A DNA stretch of 64,000 bases from the NCBI GenBank assembly GCA_009694805.1, contig SICM01000001.1, positions 23,657 to 87,656 on the forward strand, written 5' to 3'. Positions 18,124-27,905 of the stretch are shown here, piece after piece. The notes beneath the pieces were generated by a model that made no database searches, had not been told where the DNA came from, and saw only the letters and a list, made by a program, of their open reading frames with translations. The translations under genes were made by a program, and so were the position numbers. The DNA comes from Candidatus Latescibacterota bacterium. Its GTDB lineage: Bacteria; Latescibacterota; UBA2968; SICM01. Position 1 is the first letter of the stretch, and every line of letters starts with the position of its first letter.

Positions 18124-19220
18124 CAGCCGTCCCCTTTGCGCGTGATCGGGACCGGCCTGCTGCCGTTCCGGCCCGATTCGTAGATCGCCGTGATCAGTTC
18201 CACCGCCCGGCGCGCCTCCGGGCCGTTCACGAAAGGCGCCCGGTCCGTCCGGATCGCCTCCACGAAGTCGGCGATCACCGGCCCGTGCCCCATGTCCAGA
18301 GAGGGCACCGCCGTCCCCGCGGCCACGGTCTTCTTCTCCCCGGCCTTCTTCGCCTCCAGCTCCGCCCGGAGCGCGAACAGCGCGTCCCGCTCCGATGCCT
18401 CCGCAGGCGTCGGGTCGATCAGGTCCATGCGCAGCACCTTCTCCGAGTTGAACGACAGCGTGCCGCGCGACCCGAAGATCTCCAGATAGGACGGAATCTC
18501 CGGATAGGCCAGGGTCGTCCCCTCGACCACCCCCCTGGCCCCGCTCGCGAACTTCACTAGGCTCAGCGCCAGCGTCTCCACCTCCACCTTTCGGCCCACG
18601 GTCTCCGTGATTGCGATGACCTCCTGCGCCTCTCCCATGAACCAGAGGAACAGGTCCACGTAGTGGATCCCCTGGTTCATCAGGCACCCGCCCCCGTCCA
18701 CCTTCCAGGTCCCCCGCCACCCGGCGGAATCGTAGTAAGCCTGCGTCCGAAAACGCTTCATGTAGACGCTGCCCGCGTAGATCTCCCCCAGCAGTCCGCC
18801 ATCCACCAGCTTCTTCAGCCTGCGCACGACAGGAGAGAAACGGCACTGGAAAACCCCGCCTAACTTCACCCGCTTCCGGTCCGCGGCGGCGATGATCCGG
18901 TCGATTCGCTCCGTCGTGATCTCCAGCGGCTTCTCGCTCAACACGTGTTTGCCCGCCTCGATCGCCTCCAGCGCCGTGTCCAGATGGAACCCGCTGGGCG
19001 TGCTGATCGTCACCGCGTCCACCGTATCCCCCTGCACCATGTCCTTCACGCTCGTGAAATAGGGCACACCGTTCTCCCCGGCGATCCTGGCCGCCGCATC
19101 CGCCCTCAGGTCACAGATGGCCGCCAGCGCACACCCCTCCGTCCTCTGGATCGAATAGACGTGTGACGGACCGATGGCCCCCACCCCGATCACGCCGATG
19201 CGGACTTTATCGTTTTTCAT
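18123..19220 (-). CDS. Gfo/Idh/MocA family oxidoreductase
   Basis: MKNDKVRIGVIGVGAIG N-terminus, EKPL motif (VLSEKPLE), and a C-terminal alpha/beta dimerisation-domain pattern. Confidence 0.9.
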   Translation of the reverse strand: MKNDKVRIGVIGVGAIGPSHVYSIQRTEGCALAAICDLRADAAARIAGENGVPYFTSVKDMVQGDTVDAVTISTPSGFHLDTALEAIEAGKHVLSEKPLEITTERIDRIIAAADRKRVKLGGVFQCRFSPVVRRLKKLVDGGLLGEIYAGSVYMKRFRTQAYYDSAGWRGTWKVDGGGCLMNQGIHYVDLFLWFMGEAQEVIAITETVGRKVEVETLALSLVKFASGARGVVEGTTLAYPEIPSYLEIFGSRGTLSFNSEKVLRMDLIDPTPAEASERDALFALRAELEAKKAGEKKTVAAGTAVPSLDMGHGPVIADFVEAIRTDRAPFVNGPEARRAVELITAIYESGRNGSRPVPITRKGDG

Positions 19221-19323
19221 GGAAGCCTGCCTCTTCGGATAAATGTTTTTTTTACACCTCTACACGGCGTGATCTCGACCTCAGCCCATCCCGCCTTCGT
19301 CCCGCTCATCTCGCAACCTCCTC

Positions 19324-20472
19324 TCACCCCAGCTTGCGCGCCACCTCCGCGAGCCGCTCCGCGTTCTGCGCGTGCTGTTCTCGCGGGCCGGTCGTGTAGG
19401 CCAGGACCATGCGGGGCAGGATGTCCTCGGCCACCGGGCATGCCCCGGGCCCGTAGCCCGGATCGCCCTTATAGAGCGGGCACCGCGTCGGGCACCCCTT
19501 GCCGTAGGCGATCGGCTCCGAGAAGACCGGATACAGATACGCCGGCTTCTGCGTGTAACCCACCGAGACCCCGCACTTCGCCTCCCGGACCTCGGCCTTG
19601 AACCGGTCGAGCGGTATCCCATGCCGCGCCCCGTCGAACAGGCAGGTCCAGAAATGGTAGGTGGACCGGCAGTCCGGCAGGACGCGCTGCGGGACCAGCC
19701 ATTCGACCCCCCGCAGGGCCTGTTCGTAGAGGGCTGCGTTGGCGGTCGTGTCCGCGCAGTACTGCCGGGCGCGCTCCAGCTGCACCAGGGCCACCGCCGC
19801 TGTGATCTCCGTCATCCGGTAGTTCCAGGCCAGACGACGGGCCACGGACCCGAACGTCGGGTCCGAAAGCCCCCGCACCCTCTCATCCACCCCGTCATCA
19901 TTCGTCGTGGCCGCGCCCCCGTCCCCGGTGGAGAGGTGCTTGGACTGCTGGAAGCTGAACACCCCCACGTGGCCCAGCGTCCCCGCGTATCTCCCCTTGT
20001 ACTGAGAGAACAGGGCGTGGGCGCAGTCCTCGATCACGGCCAGATGGTGTTCCCGCGCGATCTCCACGATCGGGTCCATGTCGCACGGTGCGCCCCAGAG
20101 GTGGGTGCAGATCACCGCCTTCGTCCGCTCTGTGATGCGCGCCCGGACCGACGCCGGGTCGATGGTGAACGTGTCCGGCAGCACGTCCGCGAACACCGGC
20201 GTCGCGTTCTGGTACATCGTCGCGATTCCCCCGAATTGCACGATGGGATCGCAGATCACCTCGTCCCCCGGCCCCGCGCCCGACGCGGCCACCGCGGCGT
20301 GCAGGAGCGACATGGCCGAGTTCATGGCCACGGCGTGCCTCGCCCCCATCGCCTCCGCGAACGCCCGCTCGAACATCGGGACATACTTGCCCGGATTGGC
20401 GCCCAGCTTTCCGCTGTCCAGGATCTCCCGGATGAGCCCCAGCTCCCGGTCGTCATAGACCTTCACAGCCAT
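19324..20472 (-). CDS. DegT/DnrJ/EryC1/StrS family PLP-dependent aminotransferase/dehydratase
   Basis: Start MAVKVYDD at 20472 with RBS GAGGAGA. Conserved FSFQQSKHLSTGDGG (PLP lysine context). The listed 536-aa ORF is an artefactual extension. Confidence 0.85.
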   Translation of the reverse strand: MAVKVYDDRELGLIREILDSGKLGANPGKYVPMFERAFAEAMGARHAVAMNSAMSLLHAAVAASGAGPGDEVICDPIVQFGGIATMYQNATPVFADVLPDTFTIDPASVRARITERTKAVICTHLWGAPCDMDPIVEIAREHHLAVIEDCAHALFSQYKGRYAGTLGHVGVFSFQQSKHLSTGDGGAATTNDDGVDERVRGLSDPTFGSVARRLAWNYRMTEITAAVALVQLERARQYCADTTANAALYEQALRGVEWLVPQRVLPDCRSTYHFWTCLFDGARHGIPLDRFKAEVREAKCGVSVGYTQKPAYLYPVFSEPIAYGKGCPTRCPLYKGDPGYGPGACPVAEDILPRMVLAYTTGPREQHAQNAERLAEVARKLG

Positions 20473-20486
20473 ATCCGTCTCTCCTC

Positions 20487-21467
20487 TCAGCCCAGATGGC
20501 TCGTGAGATGGGCCAGACCGTCCCCGGCCTGCACGCGGGCCAGCCGCCGCAGCATGATGACCACCCCGTCCCGGTCCGCCCGGATCTCGGCCAGAACCTG
20601 GCCGAAGAAGTCCTGCACCACGCCCAGGCGTTGCCCCGCCTTCACCTCGTCTAACAGGCCCACCTCCGTCCGGTAATACCCGGCGACCGACGCCAGGATC
20701 ACCTGGTCCAGATCCCCGGAGCCGACCAGGTGATGCGTCACCGGCCCGGGCGCAGGCGCCCCCTCCAGCATGCCCAGCCCCTGCATCACCCGGAGCACCC
20801 CGTCGCGATACAGGGCCACGTCCTCGGGCCGTGCGAACCCCCCGCCCGCCGCCTCGGTGTAGATCCACGGAACCCCCAGATCCACGGCTGCGCGGATGCT
20901 CCGGCCCGGCGGCACGGGCGGGGGATGCCCCCACAGGATCGGGGCCCCGAAGGCCCTGGCCGCGGCCAGGGAGCGCCTCCCCAGGTCGTCCTCGCTCTGG
21001 CTGTAACCCACCAGCGTCGGGATGTGATAGGTGACGCCCCCGCTGTGCAGGTCGATCAAGAGGTCCGAGCCCTTCATCAGCTTCTCCGTGACCCCGTGGG
21101 CGATCCGCTGCGTGATGCTGCCGTTTGCGTCCCCGGGGAAGACCCGCGCCAGGTTCAGGCCGTCCAGGGGGCTGCTGCGCGTCGCGGCCTCGTACGCGGG
21201 CATGTTGCAGACCGGGACCATCAACAGCGTGCCCCGCAGCGCATCCGGCTGCACGGACTGAAAGATCAACGGAATGGCCTCCACCCCCTCGTACTCGTCG
21301 CCATGCACCCCGGCGATCACCAGGAGCGTGGGGCCGTCCGCCTTGCCCGTCACGTACAGAAAAGGGAGCCTCCAGTCGCCCCCGTCGGGCCGCGAGGCCA
21401 CCTTCAGCCAGCCCGTCTCCTTGCGCCTGCGCGGCAACTGTGAAACGTCCAGATCGCCCAGATCCAT
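20487..21467 (-). CDS. Succinylglutamate desuccinylase/aspartoacylase (AstE/AspA) family zinc deacylase
   Basis: VIAGVHGDEYEG and DLHSGG motifs. ATG at 21467 preceded by GGAGAAGAGG (the listed start at 21521 is a GTG). Confidence 0.8.
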   Translation of the reverse strand: MDLGDLDVSQLPRRRKETGWLKVASRPDGGDWRLPFLYVTGKADGPTLLVIAGVHGDEYEGVEAIPLIFQSVQPDALRGTLLMVPVCNMPAYEAATRSSPLDGLNLARVFPGDANGSITQRIAHGVTEKLMKGSDLLIDLHSGGVTYHIPTLVGYSQSEDDLGRRSLAAARAFGAPILWGHPPPVPPGRSIRAAVDLGVPWIYTEAAGGGFARPEDVALYRDGVLRVMQGLGMLEGAPAPGPVTHHLVGSGDLDQVILASVAGYYRTEVGLLDEVKAGQRLGVVQDFFGQVLAEIRADRDGVVIMLRRLARVQAGDGLAHLTSHLG

Positions 21468-21528
21468 CAGCCTCTTCTCCAGGAATGAAAGCCTCACCGT
21501 AGAGAGGGAGCAGCCCCTCACGGCCTTC

Positions 21529-22515
21529 TCATCTCTCCAGCAGGACGGACGCCACCTGTTTCCCCTCCAGATCGAATGCCTCTCCCGTCCCGACCTCCTG
21601 AAACCCCAGGGCCTCGAACAGAGTCCGTTTGTCTTCGTCTTCGACCGAAACCCTCGCCCGACAGGAAGGCGCGCCCCGGGCAGTCCCCCAGCGCATGGCC
21701 GCCTGAATCAGGTCTTTCCAGACATCCGGGTCGTTCGGATGGGTGAAACCGTCCACCCGGCACCCGCCCGATCCATCGAGGCAGGCCGACGACAGCCCGA
21801 CCACAAGACCCCGATCCGTGCGCGCGCTGAACCACGCCCCGCGCCCCTCCCGAGTGAGCGCCTCGTATCGTGTATAAAGGCTCATACACGAAATCTGCAC
21901 CACATATCGGGTTGAGAACATGCCCGCGTTGGCATCCAGCGCCTGCCAGTCGTGAGGGGAGATGAGCAGCGGGATCATAGGGATGCGGTCGACAGCCGTG
22001 CCAGGTCCGACGGCAGCAGCGCCCCCCTCTCTGAAGAGGTCTACCAGAAAGGCCTCTGGAGAATCCCCGCCTGCGATGAAGGCCATGACGTTGGCGCCGG
22101 GAAGCTTCCGCCATCCGAGACGATGGTAGACCCGCGCCGCATCGGGATTGGACGTGCCCAGGAAAAGCGCCTGTCCACCGTGCGCACCAAAATCCTCCAG
22201 CGCACGGGCGCAGAGCGCGCCGGCGATCCCCTGCCGACGAAATTCGAGGGAGGTCGCAACCTCGCCCACCCCCCCCAGACGGGGATTTGCTCTGGAGACC
22301 GTCAGACGACAGGTGCCGCCCAGCCTTTCCCCCCTCTGCATCAGGTACAGGACGTCGCGGTTTTGCGCGCGCTCCGCACCCTGGAGCGCGACTCGAAAGC
22401 CTTCGTAGGGCGTCCCGAAGGTCCCCTTCCAGAATGCGATCAGTTCCTCCGTCAGATCCTCCGGCAGCGGCGGCTCGAACCTCGTCAAATTCGCCTGTTC
22501 GTCGCTCTCACCCAT
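21529..22515 (-). CDS. GNAT family N-acetyltransferase (two-lobed)
   Basis: Acetyl-CoA-binding motif RRQGIAGALCARAL. 328 aa with a second GNAT-like half. Confidence 0.75.
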   Translation of the reverse strand: MGESDEQANLTRFEPPLPEDLTEELIAFWKGTFGTPYEGFRVALQGAERAQNRDVLYLMQRGERLGGTCRLTVSRANPRLGGVGEVATSLEFRRQGIAGALCARALEDFGAHGGQALFLGTSNPDAARVYHRLGWRKLPGANVMAFIAGGDSPEAFLVDLFREGGAAAVGPGTAVDRIPMIPLLISPHDWQALDANAGMFSTRYVVQISCMSLYTRYEALTREGRGAWFSARTDRGLVVGLSSACLDGSGGCRVDGFTHPNDPDVWKDLIQAAMRWGTARGAPSCRARVSVEDEDKRTLFEALGFQEVGTGEAFDLEGKQVASVLLER

Positions 22516-22568
22516 TTTTCGCGCCCTTTGTCCGTCGATCGAAGCGCTCCACGCGGAGCGCGCTCAGG

Positions 22569-24008
22569 TCACTTCTCTTTCATCAACCCCTCGTACACCT
22601 CCCGCCCCCGCAGGAACAGGTCCCGCACCTCCTGCCGCTGTTGGTCGTTCGCGTACCGCCCCTTCCGGGCGATCCAGTCCAGGGACAGGTCGATGGACCC
22701 CACGAAGAACGCCGCGTCCTCCGCGCGGGCGGGCGAGACGCGCCCGGTCTGCACGTAGACCGGACTCGTATGCGCATAGATGGCGTGCCCGAAGCTGTCC
22801 CGCGCCTCCCCGCTGCACCGGGCCGCGATCCATCCGTCGTGCTCCACCTTCAGGTCCGCCCTCAACTCCCCCTCCCGGCTGCCGTCCGGGAAGACCCGCT
22901 CCACCACGACAACCCCATCCTGAACGATCTCCACCCGGTCGATCGGATAGTGCGACTGCCACCGGACCGCCACCGGCGCGGCCTTCCCGCCCCCCAGGGA
23001 CACCCGGTCCCCCGGCGCGTGCCCCTCCGCCTCGATGAACAGCGCGGGGCCGTTGGTGATGAACGTCCGGCCCTGCTTCATGCCCTCGATCCAGGCGTCG
23101 TACGAAAAATCTCCGGTCTGGACGTAGACCCGGTTGTTCGAGCAGATGAACCAGTCCGTACCCGTGGACGCCGGAAGGGTCAGCCCGCAGTTGAGCATCC
23201 GGTACCAGATGTCGTACTCCGGGTCCATCCAGAAGGGGTCGAACAGGTTGAACCCGTCCAGCTTGCCCAGCGCCGCGGCCACCGGGGCCTCCATCCCCTG
23301 CCCGTTGTGGCACCAGAGCACGATCCCCCCCTGCTCCCGCGTCTCGTCGCACACGTAACAGAGCGGCGGGTAGTCCGGGTTGAAGGCGTTCACGAGCATG
23401 CCCCGGCTGACCGGCTCCACCAGGTTGCGGATGCGCAGGAGCATGATGTGGCCGTACCCGAACCCCCCGGTCGTGGCGTTGTGCCGGTTCTCCTCCCCAA
23501 TGTCCACCACGTGGTGCGCCGTGCAGTAGTCCGTCATCACCCCCAGCGGGAACTGGTTGCTCGCGTAGGGGAGTTCCCACCGGTGGAGGATGCTCACCAC
23601 CGTCACGCTGTAGCCCTCCACGCGGGAGTCCATCTTCAGCCGGTCGTAGGGCCGCGTCTCCTTCTCATCGTAGTGGATGTGCGTGTTCCCCGGATGCCAC
23701 CCCGCCGTGGGCAGGTCCGTCCACCGCCGAAGCGGCAGCTCCACGTCCAGATGGCCCGCCTTGGGCGCGTAGATCGTCTTCTTGAGCGGGACGTACTCCG
23801 TCCCGCGCTCCACCAGGATGTCCGTGGACCCGCGCGGCACGTCCAGCGCGAAGGTCCCCTCGCAGAAGAAGAACGAAGTGCCGGGTCCCCGCTTGAGCAG
23901 GCTGTCTCCCGGATGCCGGAAGGTCCCCCCGCTCGTCAGCACGTGGACCTTCGCCTCCACCGCCGCGCCGGAGACCGCGTCAAAGATCCTGCCATGAAGG
24001 ACGGCCAT
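22569..24008 (-). CDS. Predicted metal-dependent hydrolase (CehA/McbA- or PHP-like) with N-terminal carboxypeptidase-regulatory-like domain
   Basis: N-terminus GRIFDAVSGAAVEAKVHV (Cna-B/CarboxypepD_reg-like), then the GNTHIHY histidine cluster. The assignment is by motif resemblance only. Confidence 0.55.
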   Translation of the reverse strand: MAVLHGRIFDAVSGAAVEAKVHVLTSGGTFRHPGDSLLKRGPGTSFFFCEGTFALDVPRGSTDILVERGTEYVPLKKTIYAPKAGHLDVELPLRRWTDLPTAGWHPGNTHIHYDEKETRPYDRLKMDSRVEGYSVTVVSILHRWELPYASNQFPLGVMTDYCTAHHVVDIGEENRHNATTGGFGYGHIMLLRIRNLVEPVSRGMLVNAFNPDYPPLCYVCDETREQGGIVLWCHNGQGMEAPVAAALGKLDGFNLFDPFWMDPEYDIWYRMLNCGLTLPASTGTDWFICSNNRVYVQTGDFSYDAWIEGMKQGRTFITNGPALFIEAEGHAPGDRVSLGGGKAAPVAVRWQSHYPIDRVEIVQDGVVVVERVFPDGSREGELRADLKVEHDGWIAARCSGEARDSFGHAIYAHTSPVYVQTGRVSPARAEDAAFFVGSIDLSLDWIARKGRYANDQQRQEVRDLFLRGREVYEGLMKEK

Positions 24009-24068
24009 GTCGGTTCCCCTTTCTTGAAGGATCGGTCCTCAGAATTCCGGCCCTCACCCACCCCCTCA

Positions 24069-24102
24069 CCCCTCCCTCTCCCAGTGCTGGGAGAGGGAGG
24101 GG
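24069..24102. repeat. CCCTCTCCC-type hairpin (cccctccctctccca-gtgc-tgggagagggagggg)
   Basis: Near-perfect 15-bp inverted repeat in the spacer between genes 22569..24008 and 24182..24529. It shares the 14-mer ccctccctctccca with the element at 32543-32556. Confidence 0.75.
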
Positions 24103-24181
24103 AGGATCAGGTAAGGGAACGGTGCGCTGTGCCCCTATTTTCCCGCGTGAAACCGCTCGACCAGATCGCTCGGTCGCATCC

Positions 24182-24529
24182 TCACGTCATGTCCGCGTGT
24201 ACCGCCAGCCAGATACACGGAGGGTCCGCGCTCGTCCGCTCCACGCGGTGCCGTTCGTGCGCGGGGATCAGCACCCAGTCCCCGGCCCGCATGTCCAGGA
24301 CCCTCCCGTCCTCGTACCTCAGCGTCGCCTCCCCCTGCAGGAGCGCCACCCACTCGTCCCGCGCCTGATCATACCATTCCCCTTCCGGCGTGGCCTGACC
24401 GCTGGACACGATCCGCTCGATCCGCACGCCCCGGTCCGGGATCAGCGCCTCGAAGACCTCCGCCGCCGGGAGCGGAGACGGCAGATCGAACAGATTCCCC
24501 TTTTTCACGACGTCCTCATACGCGTTCAA
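24182..24529 (-). CDS. Cupin domain protein
   Basis: 115 aa with cupin barrel motifs (GEWYDQ...DEWVALLQGEA...GDWVLIPAHERHRV). Apparent TTG start overlapping the upstream gene's end. Confidence 0.8.
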   Translation of the reverse strand: MNAYEDVVKKGNLFDLPSPLPAAEVFEALIPDRGVRIERIVSSGQATPEGEWYDQARDEWVALLQGEATLRYEDGRVLDMRAGDWVLIPAHERHRVERTSADPPCIWLAVHADMT

Positions 24530-25605
24530 TCACGTACACCTGCGCACGCTGCCCCAGGATCTGCACCCGGTGCGTCTCGCGCCGCGCCAGACCGGCGCCG
24601 TGCCGCACCGCCTGTTCGAAGGTCCGCCCATCCCCTGTCAATGCGACCAGCCGGGCCCCGGGGCGCAACACCCGCGCCGCCTCGCGCAGGAAGGCCGGGT
24701 AAAGGGTCAGATTATCCTCCGGCGAGCCGACCTGTCTCCCGAACGGCAGGTTCACCGCAGCCGCGCTCACCGACCCGCTGTCCAGCGGCAAATGGCGAGC
24801 ATCCCAGCGCCGCACCTCGATCGGCTTGTAGCGCGGCCCCACGTTGCTCAGCGTCGCCGAGACCGCCTCCGGCTGCGCATCCCCGCCCAGCAGCAACGCG
24901 TACCGCCCGGCGCAGGCCCGCTCGATCAGGATCGTCCCTGCCCCGCACATCGGGTCCAGAAACACGTCCTCCGGCGCGGGCCGCGTCAGCCAGACCAGCG
25001 CCGCAGCCGCCGAGGGCCGCAGCGACGCCGGCAGGTGCTCGCGCCGGTACTCCCGGTGAGCGCATCCGTTCGTCGCTCAGGCGCAGCGCCAGAAACCCCT
25101 CCCCGGGCAGCAGCGTGAGCCACAACTCCAGCCCCCCCTCCTCCATCAGACGCCAGCGATGGTCCCTTCTCGCCGCGATCCCCTGCTCCACGGCCCTCTG
25201 CGCATCCGTGCGCCGGTAGGCCGCCCGCCCCACCTGCCGGGCCACGACCCGGAAACGCAGCCCCCCGTGCCCCCCCCGCCCCGGCGCGACCCGACGCGCC
25301 AGGTTCAGGGCGGCCTCCACGCCCGCCGCGCCGGCCGCCGCCTCCAGTGCCCGCAGCCCCTCGCGGGTGGGCGGCACGTCCGGCAGCTCTGCGACGACCA
25401 CAAACAGGTCCTCGACCGTGCGCAGCGCGAACAGGTCCCGCCCGTCCCCGGCGTAGTCGAACAGGACCATGCCGTTCTTGTCGCCGACCGTGCGCGTGCC
25501 GCGTACGGTCGCCCCTTCGATCCGTCCCGCGATCTCCCCGGCGGCGATGGCCTCAAACCCCGGCTGCGTCTGCGCGATCAGAAGGGGAGGTTTTTCACGC
25601 CTCAT
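24516..25605 (-). pseudogene. THUMP-domain class I SAM-dependent RNA methyltransferase, reading frame broken by a +1 nt indel near 25059
   Basis: The N-terminal THUMP part lies in ORF 24712..25605 up to ...LALRLSDERM. The canonical continuation (HREYRREHLPASLRPSAAAALVWLTRPAPEDVFLDPMCGAGTILIE, then NLPFG) lies in the frame of ORF 24516..24965. Removing one nt (about t25059) would give ...SDERMRHREYRREHLP.... Confidence 0.8.
25528..25600. repeat. Direct repeat copy A (native 5' end of the THUMP methyltransferase gene)
   Basis: cgcgatctccccggcggcgatggcctcaaaccccggctgcgtctgcgcg (49 nt, 25528-25576) is identical to 27807-27855. Degenerate similarity continues about 25 nt further (…tcagaa…gtttttcacg). 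Confidence 0.9.
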
Positions 25606-27790
25606 GTCGGTTCGCCTGCACCGTCCCGGCCCCCGCCGGTCTGGTCCGCCCCGGGTTGGTCTTCAGAGAGAGGGAGATCCTCCTCCGCTCCAGGTCCACC
25701 TCCAGCACGGTCGCCATCACCCTCTGATGGACCCGGACCACGTCGCCGGGATGCTTCACGAAACGATCCGAAAGCTGGCTGATGTGCGCCAGCCCGTCCT
25801 GATGCACCCCGATGTCCACGAACGCCCCGAACGCGGTGACGTTGGTGACCACCCCCGGAAGCCGCATGCCCGGCTTCAGGTCCTCGATCTTCTCCACCCC
25901 CTCCGCAAACCGGAACGCCTCGAACGCCTGGCGGGGGTCTCGTCCGGGCTTGGACAGCTCGGACAGGATGTCGTTCAGCGTGGGGAGCCCTGCCTTCTCC
26001 GACACGTAACGCCTGGGATCGATCCTCTTTCGCAGCCCCTCGTCCCGCATCAGCGCCCCGACCGAACAGCCCAGGTCGCGGGCCATGGCATCCACGACAG
26101 GATAACTCTCAGGATGCACGGCGCTCCCATCCAGCGGGTTCTCCCCGTCCCTGATCCGTAGAAAACCCGCCGCCTGCTCGAACGCCTTGGGGCCCAGGCG
26201 GGGCACCTTCTTGAGGTCGTCCCGGGACCGGAACGGGCCGTGTTCGTCCCGGAAGGTCACGAGGTTCGCCGCGAGCTGGGGCCCCAGGCCCGAAACGTAG
26301 GTCAGCAACTGCCGGCTGGCCGTGTTCACCTCCACGCCCACGCCGTTCACGCAACTGATCACCACGTCGTCCAGGCTGCCCTTCAACGCCTTCTGGTCCA
26401 CATCGTGCTGGTACTGCCCCACCCCGATGGACTTGGGGTCGATCTTCACCAGTTCCGCCAGGGGGTCCATCAGCCTCCTGCCGATGGAGGCCGCCCCGCG
26501 CACCGTCACGTCCTGGTCGGGGAACTCCTCGCGCGCCACCTCCGAGGCGGAGTAGACGGACGCCCCGCTCTCGTTCACCATCACCACGGGAACCTCCGCC
26601 GGCAGACTCAGGCCCCTGAGAAATGCCTCCGTCTCCCGCCCGGCCGTCCCATTGCCCACCGCAACGGCCTCCACCTCAAAACGCGCACAGAGGTCCAGGA
26701 CCCTAACAGCCGCCTCGGACGCCCGGTCCGGGGACAGATGGGGATAGATCGTGTCCGTATGGAGCACCTTCCCCTGCCGGTCCAGACAGACCAGCTTGCA
26801 GCCCGTGCGGAAGCCGGGGTCCAGGGCCAGGACGTTCTTCTGACCGAGCGGAGAGGCCAGCAGAAGCTCCCGGAGGTTCTCGACGAACACCCGGATCGCC
26901 TCCCCGTCAGCCCGCTGCTTGGTGGCCATGCGGACCTCCGTCTCCATGGACAGGGATAGCAGCCGTCGGTACCCGTCCTGAACCGCCATGCGGACCTGTT
27001 CCGAAGCCGGCCCCCGACCCCGGATGAAAAGCCCCTCCAGCGCGGCCAGCGCCTCCTCCTCGGGAGGAGTCAGATGAAACGTCAGAACCAGCTCCTTCTC
27101 CCCCCGCCGCACGGCCAGAATACGATGTGAGGGGGCCGTGGCCACGGGTTCTTCCCGGTCGAAGTAGTCCCGGTATTTCGCCCCCTCGGCCTCCTTGCCC
27201 GGAATGACCCTCGACCGGAGCGTCCCCCTGGACAGAAACAGCGCCCGCATCCTCGCGCGGGCCTCCTCGTCCTCGTTCACCCACTCCGCCACGATGTCCC
27301 GCGCCCCGGCCAGGGCCTCCTCGACGTTCTCCACCCCCTTCTCCGGGTCCACGAAAGCCGCGGCCTGCGCGGCCGGGTCCACCCCGTCCTCCTGGGCGAA
27401 CAGGCAGTGGGCCAGAGGCTCCAGCCCCTTCTCCCGGGCCACCGTCGCCCGGGTGCGCCGCTTGGGGCGATACGGCAGGTACACGTCCTCCAGAACGGCC
27501 AGGGATTCAGCCGCAACGACCTTCTGCTTCAACGCATCCGTCAGGTGCCCCTGCTCCTCCAGGGATTTCAGGATGGCCTGACGGCGCTTATCCAGCTCTT
27601 CAAGCTGCGCCAGCCGGTCCCGGATCGTCGTGATGACCACCTCGTCCAGGCTGCCCGTGGCCTCCTTCCGGTATCGTGCGATGAACGGCACCGTGGCCCC
27701 TTCGTTCAGGAGCGCGGCAGTGGCCTCCACCTGTCTCAGCGTGAGATGAAGTTCGTCCGAAACAACATGGATCAGGTGCGCTTCGCTCAT
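25595..27790 (-). CDS. tex: Tex-like transcription accessory protein (S1 RNA-binding domain, YqgF/HhH domains)
   Basis: Start MSEAHLIHVVSDELHL at 27790 with RBS AAGGAG. Hallmark EGATVPFIARYRKE and a C-terminal S1 domain (GVVTNVTAFGAFVDIGVHQDGLAHISQLS). Confidence 0.95.
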   Translation of the reverse strand: MSEAHLIHVVSDELHLTLRQVEATAALLNEGATVPFIARYRKEATGSLDEVVITTIRDRLAQLEELDKRRQAILKSLEEQGHLTDALKQKVVAAESLAVLEDVYLPYRPKRRTRATVAREKGLEPLAHCLFAQEDGVDPAAQAAAFVDPEKGVENVEEALAGARDIVAEWVNEDEEARARMRALFLSRGTLRSRVIPGKEAEGAKYRDYFDREEPVATAPSHRILAVRRGEKELVLTFHLTPPEEEALAALEGLFIRGRGPASEQVRMAVQDGYRRLLSLSMETEVRMATKQRADGEAIRVFVENLRELLLASPLGQKNVLALDPGFRTGCKLVCLDRQGKVLHTDTIYPHLSPDRASEAAVRVLDLCARFEVEAVAVGNGTAGRETEAFLRGLSLPAEVPVVMVNESGASVYSASEVAREEFPDQDVTVRGAASIGRRLMDPLAELVKIDPKSIGVGQYQHDVDQKALKGSLDDVVISCVNGVGVEVNTASRQLLTYVSGLGPQLAANLVTFRDEHGPFRSRDDLKKVPRLGPKAFEQAAGFLRIRDGENPLDGSAVHPESYPVVDAMARDLGCSVGALMRDEGLRKRIDPRRYVSEKAGLPTLNDILSELSKPGRDPRQAFEAFRFAEGVEKIEDLKPGMRLPGVVTNVTAFGAFVDIGVHQDGLAHISQLSDRFVKHPGDVVRVHQRVMATVLEVDLERRRISLSLKTNPGRTRPAGAGTVQANRHEA

Positions 27791-27806
27791 GATCTCCTTT
27801 GATAGG

Positions 27807-27880
27807 CGCGATCTCCCCGGCGGCGATGGCCTCAAACCCCGGCTGCGTCTGCGCGGTCAGAAAGGCCGTTTCACGTCTGC
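27807..27880. repeat. Direct repeat copy B (orphan duplicate of the methyltransferase 5' end, upstream of tex)
   Basis: 49 nt identical to 25528-25576, then 1 mismatch plus tcagaa, then degenerate. It would encode ...LTAQTQPGFEAIAAGEIA, matching residues 9-26 of the methyltransferase. Confidence 0.9.
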
Positions 27881-27905
27881 CACCTGCCGTTTTCCGTCTC
27901 ACTTT

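Noticed and set aside
16927-18846. 639-aa ORF, plus analogous long N-terminal extensions at 19324..20934, 6168..7301, 8681..9832, 27906..29354, 45501..46940, 53883..54755 and 62117..63049.
   Set aside because: In each case an internal start with a good RBS and/or an ATGA overlap begins the recognisable domain, and the extension overlaps the upstream gene.
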